NCBI GenBank assembly: GCA_964016885.1
Contig: OZ024747.1
Coordinates: 42,904,001-42,968,000, forward strand
From: Eledone cirrhosa
Taxonomy: Eukaryota
DNA: 64,000 nucleotides
Reading direction: 5' to 3'
The position numbers and the translations under genes were made by a program. This document shows, piece by piece, positions 1 through 11,100 of the stretch. The notes under the pieces are model-generated. The model saw nothing but the letters and a program-made list of their open reading frames with translations. It was not told the DNA's origin and made no database searches. Numbering within the stretch: position 1 is the first letter of the stretch; each line of letters starts with the position of its first letter.

Positions 1-528
1 CTGATTGTAATAAATGGAGAAAACTGTACATGAGGAGAAAGTTGCTTTTGAAGCATCTCGAATTGCATACGAGAAAGTAAAAAGGGATGTCAGGAAAGGC
101 ATTGCTGTTACATTTCCAGACAGCAAAGGTCCTCCTATGGTGCTGACATGCAGCGTCTGTGCAAGACTCTTCCCGAGCAAAGCTGGACTCAAAAGCTATC
201 TTTGCAGGCATAAAGTGAGACCAGTGGTTGACTACCAGGCTGCTGTCAGAGATGCTGCTCATCATATCTGTCAAGCATGTGGAAGAGAGTGTATATCAGC
301 AGGAGGGCTCAAACAACATGCAGAAGTGCATGAAGTCCAACCACAGCCAGCTATTGCCAGTGAATGATTTGGTTGCCAACCCAGTGCAAGACATTAGATC
401 ATTGGCTCGGCTAAAAAGCCACATTCGATCGCAGAACCGTTAATTATTAATATATATGTATGTTCTTTTTTTTTGTGCAATGTCCATACTCGATAACGAG
501 GGGGCAGCCATTATATATATATATATAT
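1..528 (+). mobile_element. 3' end of a non-LTR retrotransposon (LINE, RTE-like), decayed ORF2 C-terminus plus 3' UTR and (TA)n tail
   Basis: ORF 14-367 reads FE..R....KR..RK then CSVCARLFPSKAGLKSYLCRH and CQACGRECISAGGLKQHAEVH (C2H2-like). A third degenerate finger tail (RSLARLKSHIRS*) lies in another frame ending at 443. A small stem-loop CTCG-ATAA-CGAG (489-500) is followed by (TA)n at about 512-528. The RTE assignment comes from pattern recall, not a search. Confidence 0.65.
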
Positions 529-822
529 GTATGTGTGCTATTGCTTACTTCAAATTTCAATTCCATATCTAAAAGGATCTCACCCACACAATTACTGCCA
601 ACTATAAAACTAGAAATGTAGATGTAATTATGCTGATAATGTTACTATAAAATAATAGATTTCTTCTAATATCTATCAAACTGTCAGTATTGGTATCTAC
701 TCACCAATGTTCCACAGTGTCTGTGACAAAAATACTTTTCCTGCAACAGCTAAGCTTTTCCTATCTGTATGTACTGTATATAATTATTATTGTTGGTGTA
801 GGCTCACACTTCTTCCTTTTTT

Positions 823-888
823 CACAGAACCCTAGATACTCTTTTGTGGGACCCTTGGGTTCCACAAAACCCACTCTGGGAACCATTG
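823..888. mobile_element. Possible orphan end of a hAT-type DNA transposon/MITE
   Basis: Ends in TGGGAACCATTG (877-888), the reverse complement of a CAGTGGTTCCCA-like hAT terminus with one mismatch. It is preceded by GAACCC/GGGTTCC subterminal motifs. No partner end or TSD found. Confidence 0.35.
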
Positions 889-915
889 GGTTAAACCATA
901 CCTATGAGTAAAATT

Positions 916-1115
916 AGGTAGACAGGAACTGTTTGGAAGCCTGTTAGATTGACTGTACTTGTAATACAAAGAGACAGTCTCGTCACACACTGTGTGATGC
1001 TGAATCTTACTGAATTATATCATGGGTACATGTGTCTATGGAATGCTCAGCCACTTACACGTTAATTTCATGAGCTGGTTGTTTTGATGATTGAACAACT
1101 AGAACACTTATCATC
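916..1115 (+). mobile_element. Degenerate interspersed-repeat (SINE-like) fragment
   Basis: GGGTACATGTGTCTATGGAATGCTCAGCCACTTACACGTTAATTTCATGAGC resembles a common cephalopod repeat from memory. No second copy in the window confirms it. Confidence 0.3.
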
Positions 1116-1486
1116 AAAACTAACAAAAGTCCATTCCATAGAGAGAAAAACAATTTTAGTCGTAAACTAATATTGTTTTTTTCCTCATTGTCTTATTATT
1201 TTCAATTAGTTTTGTTTTTTGCTCTCTTCATTCAATATGTTAATACAAGCTTAACTTCTCTCTCCAATGGTTGCCATTTAATATTATCATACATATCATC
1301 ATTATCAATATTGTCTTAAGGATTATGTTCATCACCAATGTTTGATTGTCTGTTATTCCATCAAGTCATGAGTTGAATGTTTGTGTTGTATAACTAAATG
1401 TTACTCTTTTCAATCATGTCTCATCCTTTGTCAGTAAGGTGTGAATTTAAGAGATCCTAAACCCATCAAGGTAGGGGTGAGGATAT

Positions 1487-1558
1487 TATCATCACCATCA
1501 TCATCATTGTCATCATTGTGGTTTTTACATTTGCTTTCCACACTGGCAGGAGTGGGGA
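1487..1558 (+). mobile_element. Fragment of a (CAT)n-led dispersed repeat
   Basis: (CAT)n followed by TTTCCACACTGGCAGGAGTGG, similar to (CAT)n..CCATGCTTGCATGGGTTAGAC at 58061 and to the minus-strand copy near 63610-63720. Confidence 0.4.
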
Positions 1559-1821
1559 TATATTTCATTAAGAAAAGAACAAAAGCTTTTTAAAATTTGA
1601 TAAATTTGGTTAATAATTTAGTAATATCAAATAAATTTAATGATATTTAATAAATTTAATCAGACAAATTAATAAAACCTTTATTAGATTAACAAAACAA
1701 ATTATTTGATAATTAAAAACGTTAGTTAATCAATTTAAAAAAAAACTTTTTCCGAATTTTAAAAGGGATTCTAATCTTAAAATGATGTTTGCTAATAATT
1801 CAAGAAGGGGAGTGGAGTACA

Positions 1822-1958
1822 TGACTGGTACTATATTTTATCGACCTGACCGGATGAAAGGCAGAGTGGACCTTGGTGGTCCTCAGAACATAAAAAATTT
1901 CAATAAATATTGCTAAACATTTCACTGAAGCTCAGACAACTTTGCCAATCAACTGCCT
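1822..1958 (-). mobile_element. tRNA-derived SINE copy
   Basis: The reverse complement contains AAGGTCCACTCTGCCTTTCATCCGGTCAGGTCGATAAAATATAGTACCAGTC, matching the core of the plus-strand copies at 3385, 57343 and 59660. Confidence 0.75.
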
Positions 1959-2179
1959 ATTTGTAATCTTACAATGAAATTACTTATGACAAAAATAAGA
2001 TTTTCATTTCAAATCCTAGTATCATTCTCTTCTAGATGTCTAAACTTGACCAACAAAATAATACATAAGTAAACTGTCAGTGTTAAAATTAAGATAATAT
2101 TGGGATAATCTTTTAACAAAGCTTTGTTTCATGTTTCCACTTAGGAGAGAATCATATGACACACTAGATATCAGGATTA

Positions 2180-2239
2180 TGTGTATATATATATATATAT
2201 ATTGTGTGTGTGTATATATATATATATTGTGTGTGTATG

Positions 2240-2273
<34 letters not shown>

Positions 2274-2305
2274 ATATATATATATATATATAGTGTGTGT
2301 GTGTG

Positions 2306-2350
<45 letters not shown>
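2180..2350. repeat. Compound (TA)n/(TG)n/(CA)n microsatellite
   Basis: Seen directly; explains ORFs 2040-2456. Confidence 0.95.
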
Positions 2351-2354
<4 letters not shown>

Positions 2355-2686
2355 GGAAGGGGTTGCCATTTAAACATAGCATATCTAAGTACATCCATCG
2401 ATCACAAAGGCTTAGGGGACAAGATTATTATCTATATTTTCAGCAACTTCAAATAACACCAACCTCTTTTATGTAGCCTCTTTTAATTTTACCACTTATC
2501 CTAATAAGATTAATAATTTTGTCTTTGAACTACTCAACTCTTTTCATCTTTCTAAACATTTCCTGAGATAGCAAATTCTTCATAGGAAGTGTTCACAATT
2601 TTCTTCTCAGTTTTGTAACACACCCTACAGCCTTTTCCAGAGATTGTCACACAACTCCAAACATCTTAATACATCATTATGATCGG

Positions 2687-2716
2687 ATCATCATCATCAT
2701 CATCATCATCATCATC
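2687..2716 (+). repeat. (CAT)n microsatellite
   Basis: About 10 ATC/CAT units seen directly. Confidence 0.9.
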
Positions 2717-2745
2717 TTCTATAAAATATCTAAATAGCTGGTGCA

Positions 2746-3003
2746 CAGAGTGGGATTTACGTATAAGCTAAACAAGCTATAGCTCAGGGCCCCCACTTTC
2801 TTGGGGCCCCCAAAAATTGAAAAAAACGGTGTGTACATTTCCAAAATATAAGATAAAAAAGAAGTAAAATAATGCAATAGTTTTAAACAGTTTTCTGCTA
2901 TAATATTGAACGTTTTGCAGTTTTTATAACATTTTTTATAACATATAAAGGGCCCCATTATCTAAAATAGTTTAGGGCTTCATGAAATCTAAATCCGGCC
3001 CTG
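2746..3003. mobile_element. hAT-superfamily MITE, 258 bp, with perfect 8-bp target-site duplication
   Basis: Left end CAGAGTGGGATTTA versus right end TAAATCCGGCCCTG (reverse complement CAGGGCCGGATTTA, 11/14 match). CTGGTGCA lies directly on both sides (2738-2745 and 3004-3011). 8-bp TSDs and CAG termini are typical of hAT. Confidence 0.88.
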
Positions 3004-3244
3004 CTGGTGCACCTAGAATTTATTCTGTTAAAATATTAAGACAGTCTGAAGAATATCTTACCATTTTTACAGAGGATTCAGAGAACATGACCAATGTCAT
3101 TGAATATTTCCTCACCAAATTATTACCATTTCCATTCAGACATTGTCAGTCCAATGTTGGACATAAACCTAAGTATGTTGTTGCTAACTTATCCATGCTA
3201 GTTGTAGCTCTATCTGTTTATACTGAACAATTATAGTGTTATTG

Positions 3245-3360
3245 GTAATGATGATGATGATGATGATGATTATAAGACAATGACGACAATAATGATGGTG
3301 ATGATGAGGATAATGATTGTTATGATGATGATGATGATGATGATGTCAACAAGAACATCG
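3245..3360 (+). repeat. Degenerate (GAT)n trinucleotide tract
   Basis: Seen directly. Confidence 0.9.
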
Positions 3361-3381
3361 ATTATATTGGTCAGTATTATT

Positions 3382-3500
3382 CCCGAGTTCAAATCCCGCC
3401 GAGGTTAAATTTGCCTTTCATCCTTACAGGGTCGATAAAATAAAGTAGCAGTAATACACTGTGTAATTGCTGGCCTTGTGCCAAAAAGTAGAAACAATTA
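3382..3500 (+). mobile_element. tRNA-derived SINE copy (5'-truncated)
   Basis: Pol III B-box-like GAGTTCAAATCCC at 3385, then GCCGAGGTTAAATTTGCCTTTCATCCTTACAGGGTCGATAAAATAAAGTAGCAG and tail AATTGCTGGCCTTGTGCCAAAAAGTAGAA. The tail is shared with the copy at 57320-57487. Confidence 0.8.
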
Positions 3501-3580
3501 TTTTAAATCCATTTTCTGGCATAGGTTAGTAGAGTTTTCTAAGGCAATGCTTTATGGAAGCTGCCTTTCCTGTTACCAAA
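3501..3580 (+). mobile_element. Degenerate copy of the (CAT)n-led dispersed repeat
   Basis: CTGGCATAGGTTAG ... TTTATGGAAGCTGCCTTTCCTGTTACCAA resembles CTTGCATGGGTTAG ... TTCTATGGCTGGATGTCCTTCCTAATGCCAACC at 58076-58198. Confidence 0.45.
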
Positions 3581-6500
3581 GATTTTAGTTGCCTCTTATG
3601 TCATGTAAAGATATAGTGACTGGTTCTAAATCTGGGATAGGGTGACTGGTAAATAAATCTGGGATAGAGAATAGTGGTTCTAAATCTGGAATAGGGTGAC
3701 TGGTTCTAAATCTGGGATAGGGAATAGTGGTTCTAAATCTGGGATAGGGTGACTGGTTCTAAATCTGGGATAGGGTGACTGGTTCTAAATCTGGGATAGG
3801 GAGTAGTGGTTTTAAATCTGAGATAGGGTGACTGGTTCTAAATCTGTGATAGGGAGTAGTGGTTCTATATCTGGGATATGGAATAGTGGTTCTAAATTTG
3901 GGATAGGGATATTGGTTCTAAATCTGGGATAGGGAGTAGTGGTTCTAAATCTGGGATAGGGAATAGTGGATCTAAATCTGGGATAGGGAGTAGTGGTTCT
4001 AAATCTGAGATAGGGGTACTGGTTCTAAATCTGGGATAGGTAGTAGTGGTTCTAAATCTGGGATAGTGAATAGTGGTTCTAAATCTGTGATAGGGAGTAG
4101 TGGTTCTAAATCTGTGATAGGGAGTAGTGGTTCTAAATCTGGGATAGGGGTACTGGTTCTAAATCTGGGATAGGTAGTAGTGGTTCTAAATCTGGGATAG
4201 TGAATAGTGGTTCTAAATCTGTGATAGGAAGTAGTGGTTCTAAATCTGGGATAGGGGTACTGGTTCTAAATCTGGGATAGGTAGTAGTGGTTCTAAATCT
4301 GGGATAGTGAATAGTGGTTCTAAATCTGGGATAGGTAGTAGTGGTTCTAAATCTGGGGTTGGGAGCAGTAACTATAAATCTGGGATTGGTAGTAGTGGTT
4401 CTAAATCTGGTATAGGGAGTAGTCGTTCTAAATATGGGATAGGGAGTAGTGATTCCAAATCTAGGATAGGGAGTACTGGTTCTAAATCTGCGATAGCTAG
4501 TAGTGGTTCTAAATCTTGGATAGGGAGTACTAGTTCTAAATCTGGGATAGGGAGTAGTGGTTCTAAATCTGGGATAGGGAGTAGTGGTTCTAAATCTGGG
4601 ATAGGGAGTAGTGGTTCTAAATTTGGGATAGGGAATATTGGTTCTAAATCTGTGATAGGGAATAGTGGTTCTAAATCTGAGATAGGGAATATTGGTTCTA
4701 AATCTGTGATAGGGAATATTGGTTCTAAATCTGTGATAGGGAGTAGTGGTACTAAATCTGGGATAGGTAGTAGTGGTTCTAAATCTGGGGTTGGGAGTAG
4801 TGATTCTAAATCTGGGATAGGGAGTAGTGGTTCTAAATCTGGGATAGGGAGTAGTGGTTCTAAATCTGTGATAGGGAGTAGTGGTTCTAAATCTGTGATA
4901 GGGAGTAGTGGTTCTAAACCTGGGATAGGGAGTAGTGGTTCTAAATCTGGGAGAGGTAGTAGTGGTTCTAAAACTGGGATAGGGAATAGTGGTTCTAAAT
5001 GTGGGATAGGGAGTAGTGGTTCTTAATCTGTGATAGGGAGTAGTGGTTCTAAATCTGGGATAGGGAGTACTGGTTCTAAATCTGGGAGAGGTAGTAGTGG
5101 TTCTAAAACTGGGATAGGGAGTATTGGTTCTAAATCTGTGATAGGGAGTAGTGGTTCTAAATCTGGGATAGGGAGTAGTGGTTCTAAATCTGGGTTAGGG
5201 AGTACTGGTTCTAAATCTGGAATAGGGAATACTGGTTCTAAATCTGGGATAGGGAGTAGTGGTTCTAAATCTGTGATAGGGAGTAGTGGTTCTAAACCTG
5301 GGATAGGGAGTAGTGGTTCTAAATCTGGGACAGGGAATAGTGGTTCTAAATCTGGGATACTGAATAGTAGTTCTAAATCTGAGATAGAGAGTAGTGGTTC
5401 TAAATCTGGGATAGGTAGTACTGGTTCTAAATCTGGGATACTGAATAGTAGTTCTAAATCTGAGATAGAGAGTAGTGGTTCTAAATCTGGGATAGGGAGT
5501 AGTGGTTCTAAATCTGGGATAGGTAGTAGTGGTTCTAAATCTGGGATAGGAAGTATTGGTTCTAAATCTGGAATAGAGAATACTGGTTCTAAACCTGGGA
5601 TAGGGAGTGGTGGTTCTAAATCTGGGATATGGAGTGGTGGTACTAAATCTGGCATAGGTAGTAGTGGTTCTAAATCTGGGATAGGGAATAGTGGTTCTAA
5701 ATCTGGTATAGGGAATAGTGGTTCTAAAGCTGGGCTAGGTAGTAGTGGTTCTAAATCTGGGATACGGAATAGTGGTTCTAAATCTGGGCTAGGTAGTAGT
5801 GGTTATAAATCTGGGATACGGAATAGTGGTTCTAAATCTGGGATAGTGAATAGTGGTTCTAAATCTGGGATAGGTAGTAGTGGTTCTAAATCTGGGGTTG
5901 GGAGTAGTAACTATAAATCTGGGATAGGTAGTAGTGGTTCTAAATATGGGATAGGGAATAGTGGTTCTAAATCTGGGATAGGGAGCAGGGATTCTAAATC
6001 TGGGCTAGGGAATAGTTGTCCCAAATCTGGGATAGGGAGAGTGGTTCTAAATATTGGGTTTGTTTGTAGTGGTTCTAAATCTGGGATAGCTTGTAGTGGT
6101 TCTAAATCTGGGATAGGGAGTACTGGTTCTAAATGTGGGATAGGGAATAGTGGTTCAAAATCTGGGATAGGTAGTAAGTGGTTCTAAATCTGGGGTTGGG
6201 AGTAGTAACTATAAATCTGGGATAGGTAGTAGTGGTTCTAAATCTTGTATAGGGAGTAGTCGTTCTAAATATGGGATAGGGAATAGTGGTTCTAAATCTG
6301 GGATAGGGAGAGGGATGCTAAATCTGGGCTAGGGAATAGTTGTCCTAAATCTGGGATAGGGAGAGTGGTTCTAAATCTGGGATTGGTTGTAGTGGTTCTA
6401 AATCTGGGATAGCTTGTAGTGGTTCTAAATCTGTGATAGGGAGTACTGGTTCTAAATCTGGGATAGGTTGTAGTGGTTCTAAATCTGGGATAGGGAGTAC

Positions 6501-8199
6501 TGTTTCTAAATCTGGGCTAGGTAGTAGTGGTTCTAAATCTGAGATAGTGAGTAGTGGTTCTAAATCTGGGATAGGGAATAGTGGTTCAAAATCTGGGATA
6601 GGGAGTAGTGGTTCTAAATCTGAGATAGGGGTATTGGTTCTAAATCTGGGATAGGTAGTAGTGATTCTAAATCTGGGATAGGGAATATTGGTTCTAAATC
6701 TGGAATAGGGAATACTGGTTCTAAACCTGGGATAGTGAGTAGTGGTTCTAAATCTGGGATATGGAGTAGTGGTACTAAATCTGGGATAGGTAGTAGTGGT
6801 TCTAAATCTGGGATAGGGAATAGTGGTTTTAAATCTGGGATAGGGGTACTGGTTCTAAATCTGGGATAGGTAGTAGTGGTTCTAAATGTGGGGTTGGGAG
6901 TAGTAACTATAAATCTGGGATAGGTAGTAGTGGTTCTAAATCTGGGATAGGGAGTAGTCGTTCTGAATAGGGGATAGGGAGCAGGGATTCTAAATCTGGG
7001 CTAGGGAGTAGTGATTCCAAATCTAGGATAGGGAGTACTGGTTCTAAATCTGGGATAGGCAGTAGTGGTTCTAAATCTGGGATAGGGAGTACATGGTTCT
7101 AAATCTGGGCTGGGGAGTAGTGATTCAAAATCTAGGATAGGGAGTACTGGTTCTAAATCTGGGATAGCTAGTAGTGGTTCTAAATCTGGGATAGGGAATA
7201 GTGGTTCTAAATCTGGGATAGGGAGTACTGGTTCTAAATCGGGGATAGGTAGTACTGGTTCTCAATCTGGGATAGGTAGTATTGGTCCTAAATCTGTGAT
7301 AGAGAATAGTGGTTCTAAATCTGGGATAGGCTGACTGGTTTTAAATCTGGGATAGGGAATAGTGGTTCTAAACCAGGGATAGGGAATAGTGGTTCTAAAT
7401 CTGGGATAGGGAGTAGTGGTTCTAAATCTGAGATAGGGGTACTGGTTCTAAATCTGGGATAGGTAGTAGTGGTTCTAAATCTGGGATAGGGAATATTGGT
7501 TCTAAATCTGTGATAGGGAATAGTGGTTCAAATCTGGGATAGGTAGTTGTGGTTCTAAATCTGGGATAGGGAGTATTGGTTCTAAATCGGGATAGGGAGT
7601 ATTAGTTCTAAATCTTGGATAGCGAATAGTGGTTCTAAATCTGGGATAGGTAGTTGTGGTTCTAAATCTGGGATAGGTAGTAGTGGTTCTAAATCTGGCA
7701 TAGGGAGTAGTGGTTCTAAATCTGGGATAGCGAATAGTGGTTCTAAATCTGGGATAGGTAGTTGTGGTTCTAAATCTGGCATAGGGAGTACTGGTTCTAA
7801 ATCTGGGATAGGGAGTAGTGGTTCTAAATCTGGGGCTGGGAGTACTGGTTCTAAATCTGGAATAGGGAATACTGGTTCTAAATCTGGGATATGGAGTAGT
7901 GGTACTAAATCTGGGATAGGTAGTAGTGGTTCTAAATCTGGGGCTGGGAGTACTAACTATAAATCTGGGATAGGTAGTAGTGGTTCTAAATCTGGGATAC
8001 GGAAAAGTGGTTCTAAATCTGGGATAGTGAATAGTGATTCTAAATGTGGGATAGGTAGTAGTGGTTCTAAATCTGGGGTTGGGAGTAGTAACTATAAATC
8101 TGGGATAGGTAGTAGTGGTTCTAAATATGGGATAGGGAATAGTGGTTCTAAATCTGGGATAGGGAGCAGGGATTCTAAATCTGGGCTAGGGAATAGTTG

Positions 8200-11100
8200 T
8201 CCTAAATCTGGGATAGGGAGAGTGGTTCTAAATCTGGGATTGTTTGTAGTGGTTCTAAATCTGGGATAGCTTGTAGTGGTTCTAAATCTGGGATAGGGAG
8301 TACTGGTTCTAAATCTGGGATAGGGAATAGTGGTTCAAAATCTGGGATAGGGAGTAGTGGTTCTAAATCTGAGATAGGGGTACTGGTTCTAAATCTGGGA
8401 TAGGTAGAAGTGATTCTAAATCTGGGATAGGGAATATTAGTTCTAAATCTGTGAGAGGGAGTAGTGGTTCTAAATCTGGGCTAGGTAGTAGTGGTTCTAA
8501 ATCTGTGATAGTGTGTTGTGGTTCTAAATCTGGGATATGGAGTAGTGGTACTAAATCTGGGATATGGAGTAGTGGTTCTAAATCTGTGATAGTGAATAGT
8601 GGTTCTAAACCTGGGATAGGGAGTAGTGGTTCTAAATCTGGGATAAGTAGTAGTGGTTCTAAATCTGGGATAGGGAATAGTGGTTCTAAATCTGGCATAG
8701 GGAATAGTGGTTCTAAATCTGAGATAGGGGTACTGGTTCTAAATCTGGGATAGGTAGTAGTGGTTCTAAATGTGGGGTTGGGAGTAGTAACTATAAATCT
8801 GGGATAGGTAGTAGTGGTTCTAAATCTGGGATAGGGAGTAGTGATTCCAAATCTAGGATAGGGAGTAGTGGTTCTAAATCTGGGATAGGGAGTACTGGTT
8901 CTAAATCTGGGATAGGGAGTACTGGTTCTAAATCTGGGCTAGGTAGTAGTGGTTCTAAATCTGGGATAGGGAGTACATGGTTCTAAATCTGGGCTGGGGA
9001 GTAGTGATTCCAAATCTAGGATAGGGAGTACTGGTTCTAAATCCCTGGATAGCTAGTAGTGGTTCTAAATCTGGGATAGGGAGTAGTGGTTCAAATCTGG
9101 GATAGGGAGTACTGGTTTTAAATCTGGGATAGGGAATAGTGGTTCTAAATCTGGGATAGGGAGTAGTGGTTCAAATCTGGAATAGGTAGTAGTGGTTCTA
9201 AATCTGGGATAGGGAACATTGGTTATAAATCTGGGATAGGGAATAGTGGTTCTAAATCTGGGATAGGGAGTGGTGGTTCTAAATCTGGGATAGGTAGTAG
9301 TGGTTCTAAATCTGGGATAGGGAGTACTGGTTCTAAATCTGGGATAGTGAATAGTGGTTCTAAATCTGGAATAGGTAGTAGTGGTCCTAATCTGAGATAG
9401 GGAGTAGTGGTTCTAAATCTGGGAAAGGGAATATTGGTTCTATATCTGGGATAGGTTGTAGTGGTTTTAAATCTGGGATAGGGAATAGTGGTTCTAACTC
9501 TGTGCTAGGGAGTAGTTATTCCAAATCTAGGATAGGGAGTACTGGTTCTAAATCTGCGATAGCTAGTAGTTATTCTAAATCTGGGATAGGGAATAGTGGT
9601 TCTAAATCTGCGATAGGGAGTAGTGGTTCTAAATCTGGGATAGGGAGTACTGGTTCTAAATCTGGGATAGGTTGTAGTGGTTCTAAATCTGGGATAGGGA
9701 GTAGTAGTTCTAAATCTGGGATAGAGAATAGTGGTTCTAAATCTGGGATAGGGAGTAGTGGTTCCAAATCTGAGATAGGGGTAGTGGTTCTAAATATGGG
9801 ATAGTGAATAGTCGTTCTAAATCTGGGATAGGTAGTAGTGGTTCTAAATCTGAGATAGGGAGTACTGGTTCTATATCTGGGATATGCAATAGTGGTTCTA
9901 AATCTAAGATAGGAAATACTGGTTCTAAACCTGGGATAGGGAGCAGTGGTTCTAAATATGGGATATGGAATAGTGGTTCTAAATATGGGATAGGGAATAG
10001 TGGTTCTAAATATGGGATAGGGAATAGTGTTTCTAAATCTGGGATAGGGAGTAGTGGTTCTAAATCTGGGATAGGGAGTAGTGGTTCTAAATCTGGGATA
10101 GAGAATAGTGGTTCTAAATCTGGGATAGTAGTACTGGTTCTAAATCTGGTATAGGTAGTAGTGGGTCTAAATCTGGGATAGGGAATACTGGTTCTAAATC
10201 TGGGATATGGAGTAGTGGTACTAAATCTGGGATAGGTAGTAGTGGTTCTAAATCTGGGATAGGGAATAGTGGTTCTAAATCTGGGATAGGTAGTAGTAGT
10301 TCTAAATCTGGGATAGGGAATATTGGTTCTAAATCTGTGATAGGGAGTAGTGGTTCTAAATCTGGGATATTGAATAGTGGTTCTAAATCTGGGCTAGGTA
10401 GTAGTGGTTCTAAACCTGGGCTAGGTAGTAGTGGTTCTAAATCTGGGATAGGGAGTAGTAGTTCTAAATCTGGGATAGGGAATAGTGGTTCTAAATCTGG
10501 GATAGGGAGTAGTCGTTCTAAATCTGGGATAGGGAATAGTGGTCCTAAAGCTGGGCTAGGTAGTAGTGGTTCTAAACCTGGGCTAGGTAGTAGTGGTTCT
10601 AAATCTTGGATAGGGAGTAGTGGTTCTAAATCTGGGATAGGGAATAGTGGTTCTAAATCTGGGATAGGGAATAGTGGTTCTAAATCTGGGATAAGGAGTA
10701 GTGGTTTTAAATCTGGGATAGGGAATAGTGGTTCTAAATCTGGGATAGGTAGTAGTGGTTCTAAATCTGGGATAGGGAATATTGGTTCTAAATCTGTGAT
10801 AGGGAGTAGTGGTTCTAAATCTGGGATATTGAATAGTGGTTCTAAACCTGGGCTAGGTAGTAGTGGTTCTAAACCTGGGCTAGGTAGTAGTGGTTCTAAA
10901 TCTTGGATAGGGAGTAGTGGTTCCAAATCTGAGATAGGGGTAGTGGTTCTAAATATGGGATAGTGAATAGTCGTTCTAAATCTGGGATAGGTAGTAGTGG
11001 TTCTAAATCTGAGATAGGGAGTACTGGTTCTATATCTGGGATATGCAATAGTGGTTCTAAATCTGAGATAGGAAATACTGGTTCTAAACCTGGGATAGGG

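Noticed and set aside
2040-2456. YI/HT/CV-rich ORFs (also 57535, 61253, 62520, 62644, 63574)
   Set aside because: They are translations of dinucleotide microsatellites.
2988-3000. hAT MITE TIR (TCTAAATCCGG) as the source of the satellite's TCTAAATCTGG
   Set aside because: Only 10 of 11 bases match and there is no further similarity; too short to distinguish from chance.
690-3236. Short ORFs at 690, 2719 and 2982 (and 56558-58335, 61025-61256) as genes
   Set aside because: No recognisable domain; they overlap MITEs, SINEs or low-complexity DNA. Small exons of a large host gene cannot be excluded without RNA data.
3385-3400. tRNA gene suggested by GTTCAAATCC
   Set aside because: Only a B-box-like motif followed by SINE body; no cloverleaf or acceptor stem.
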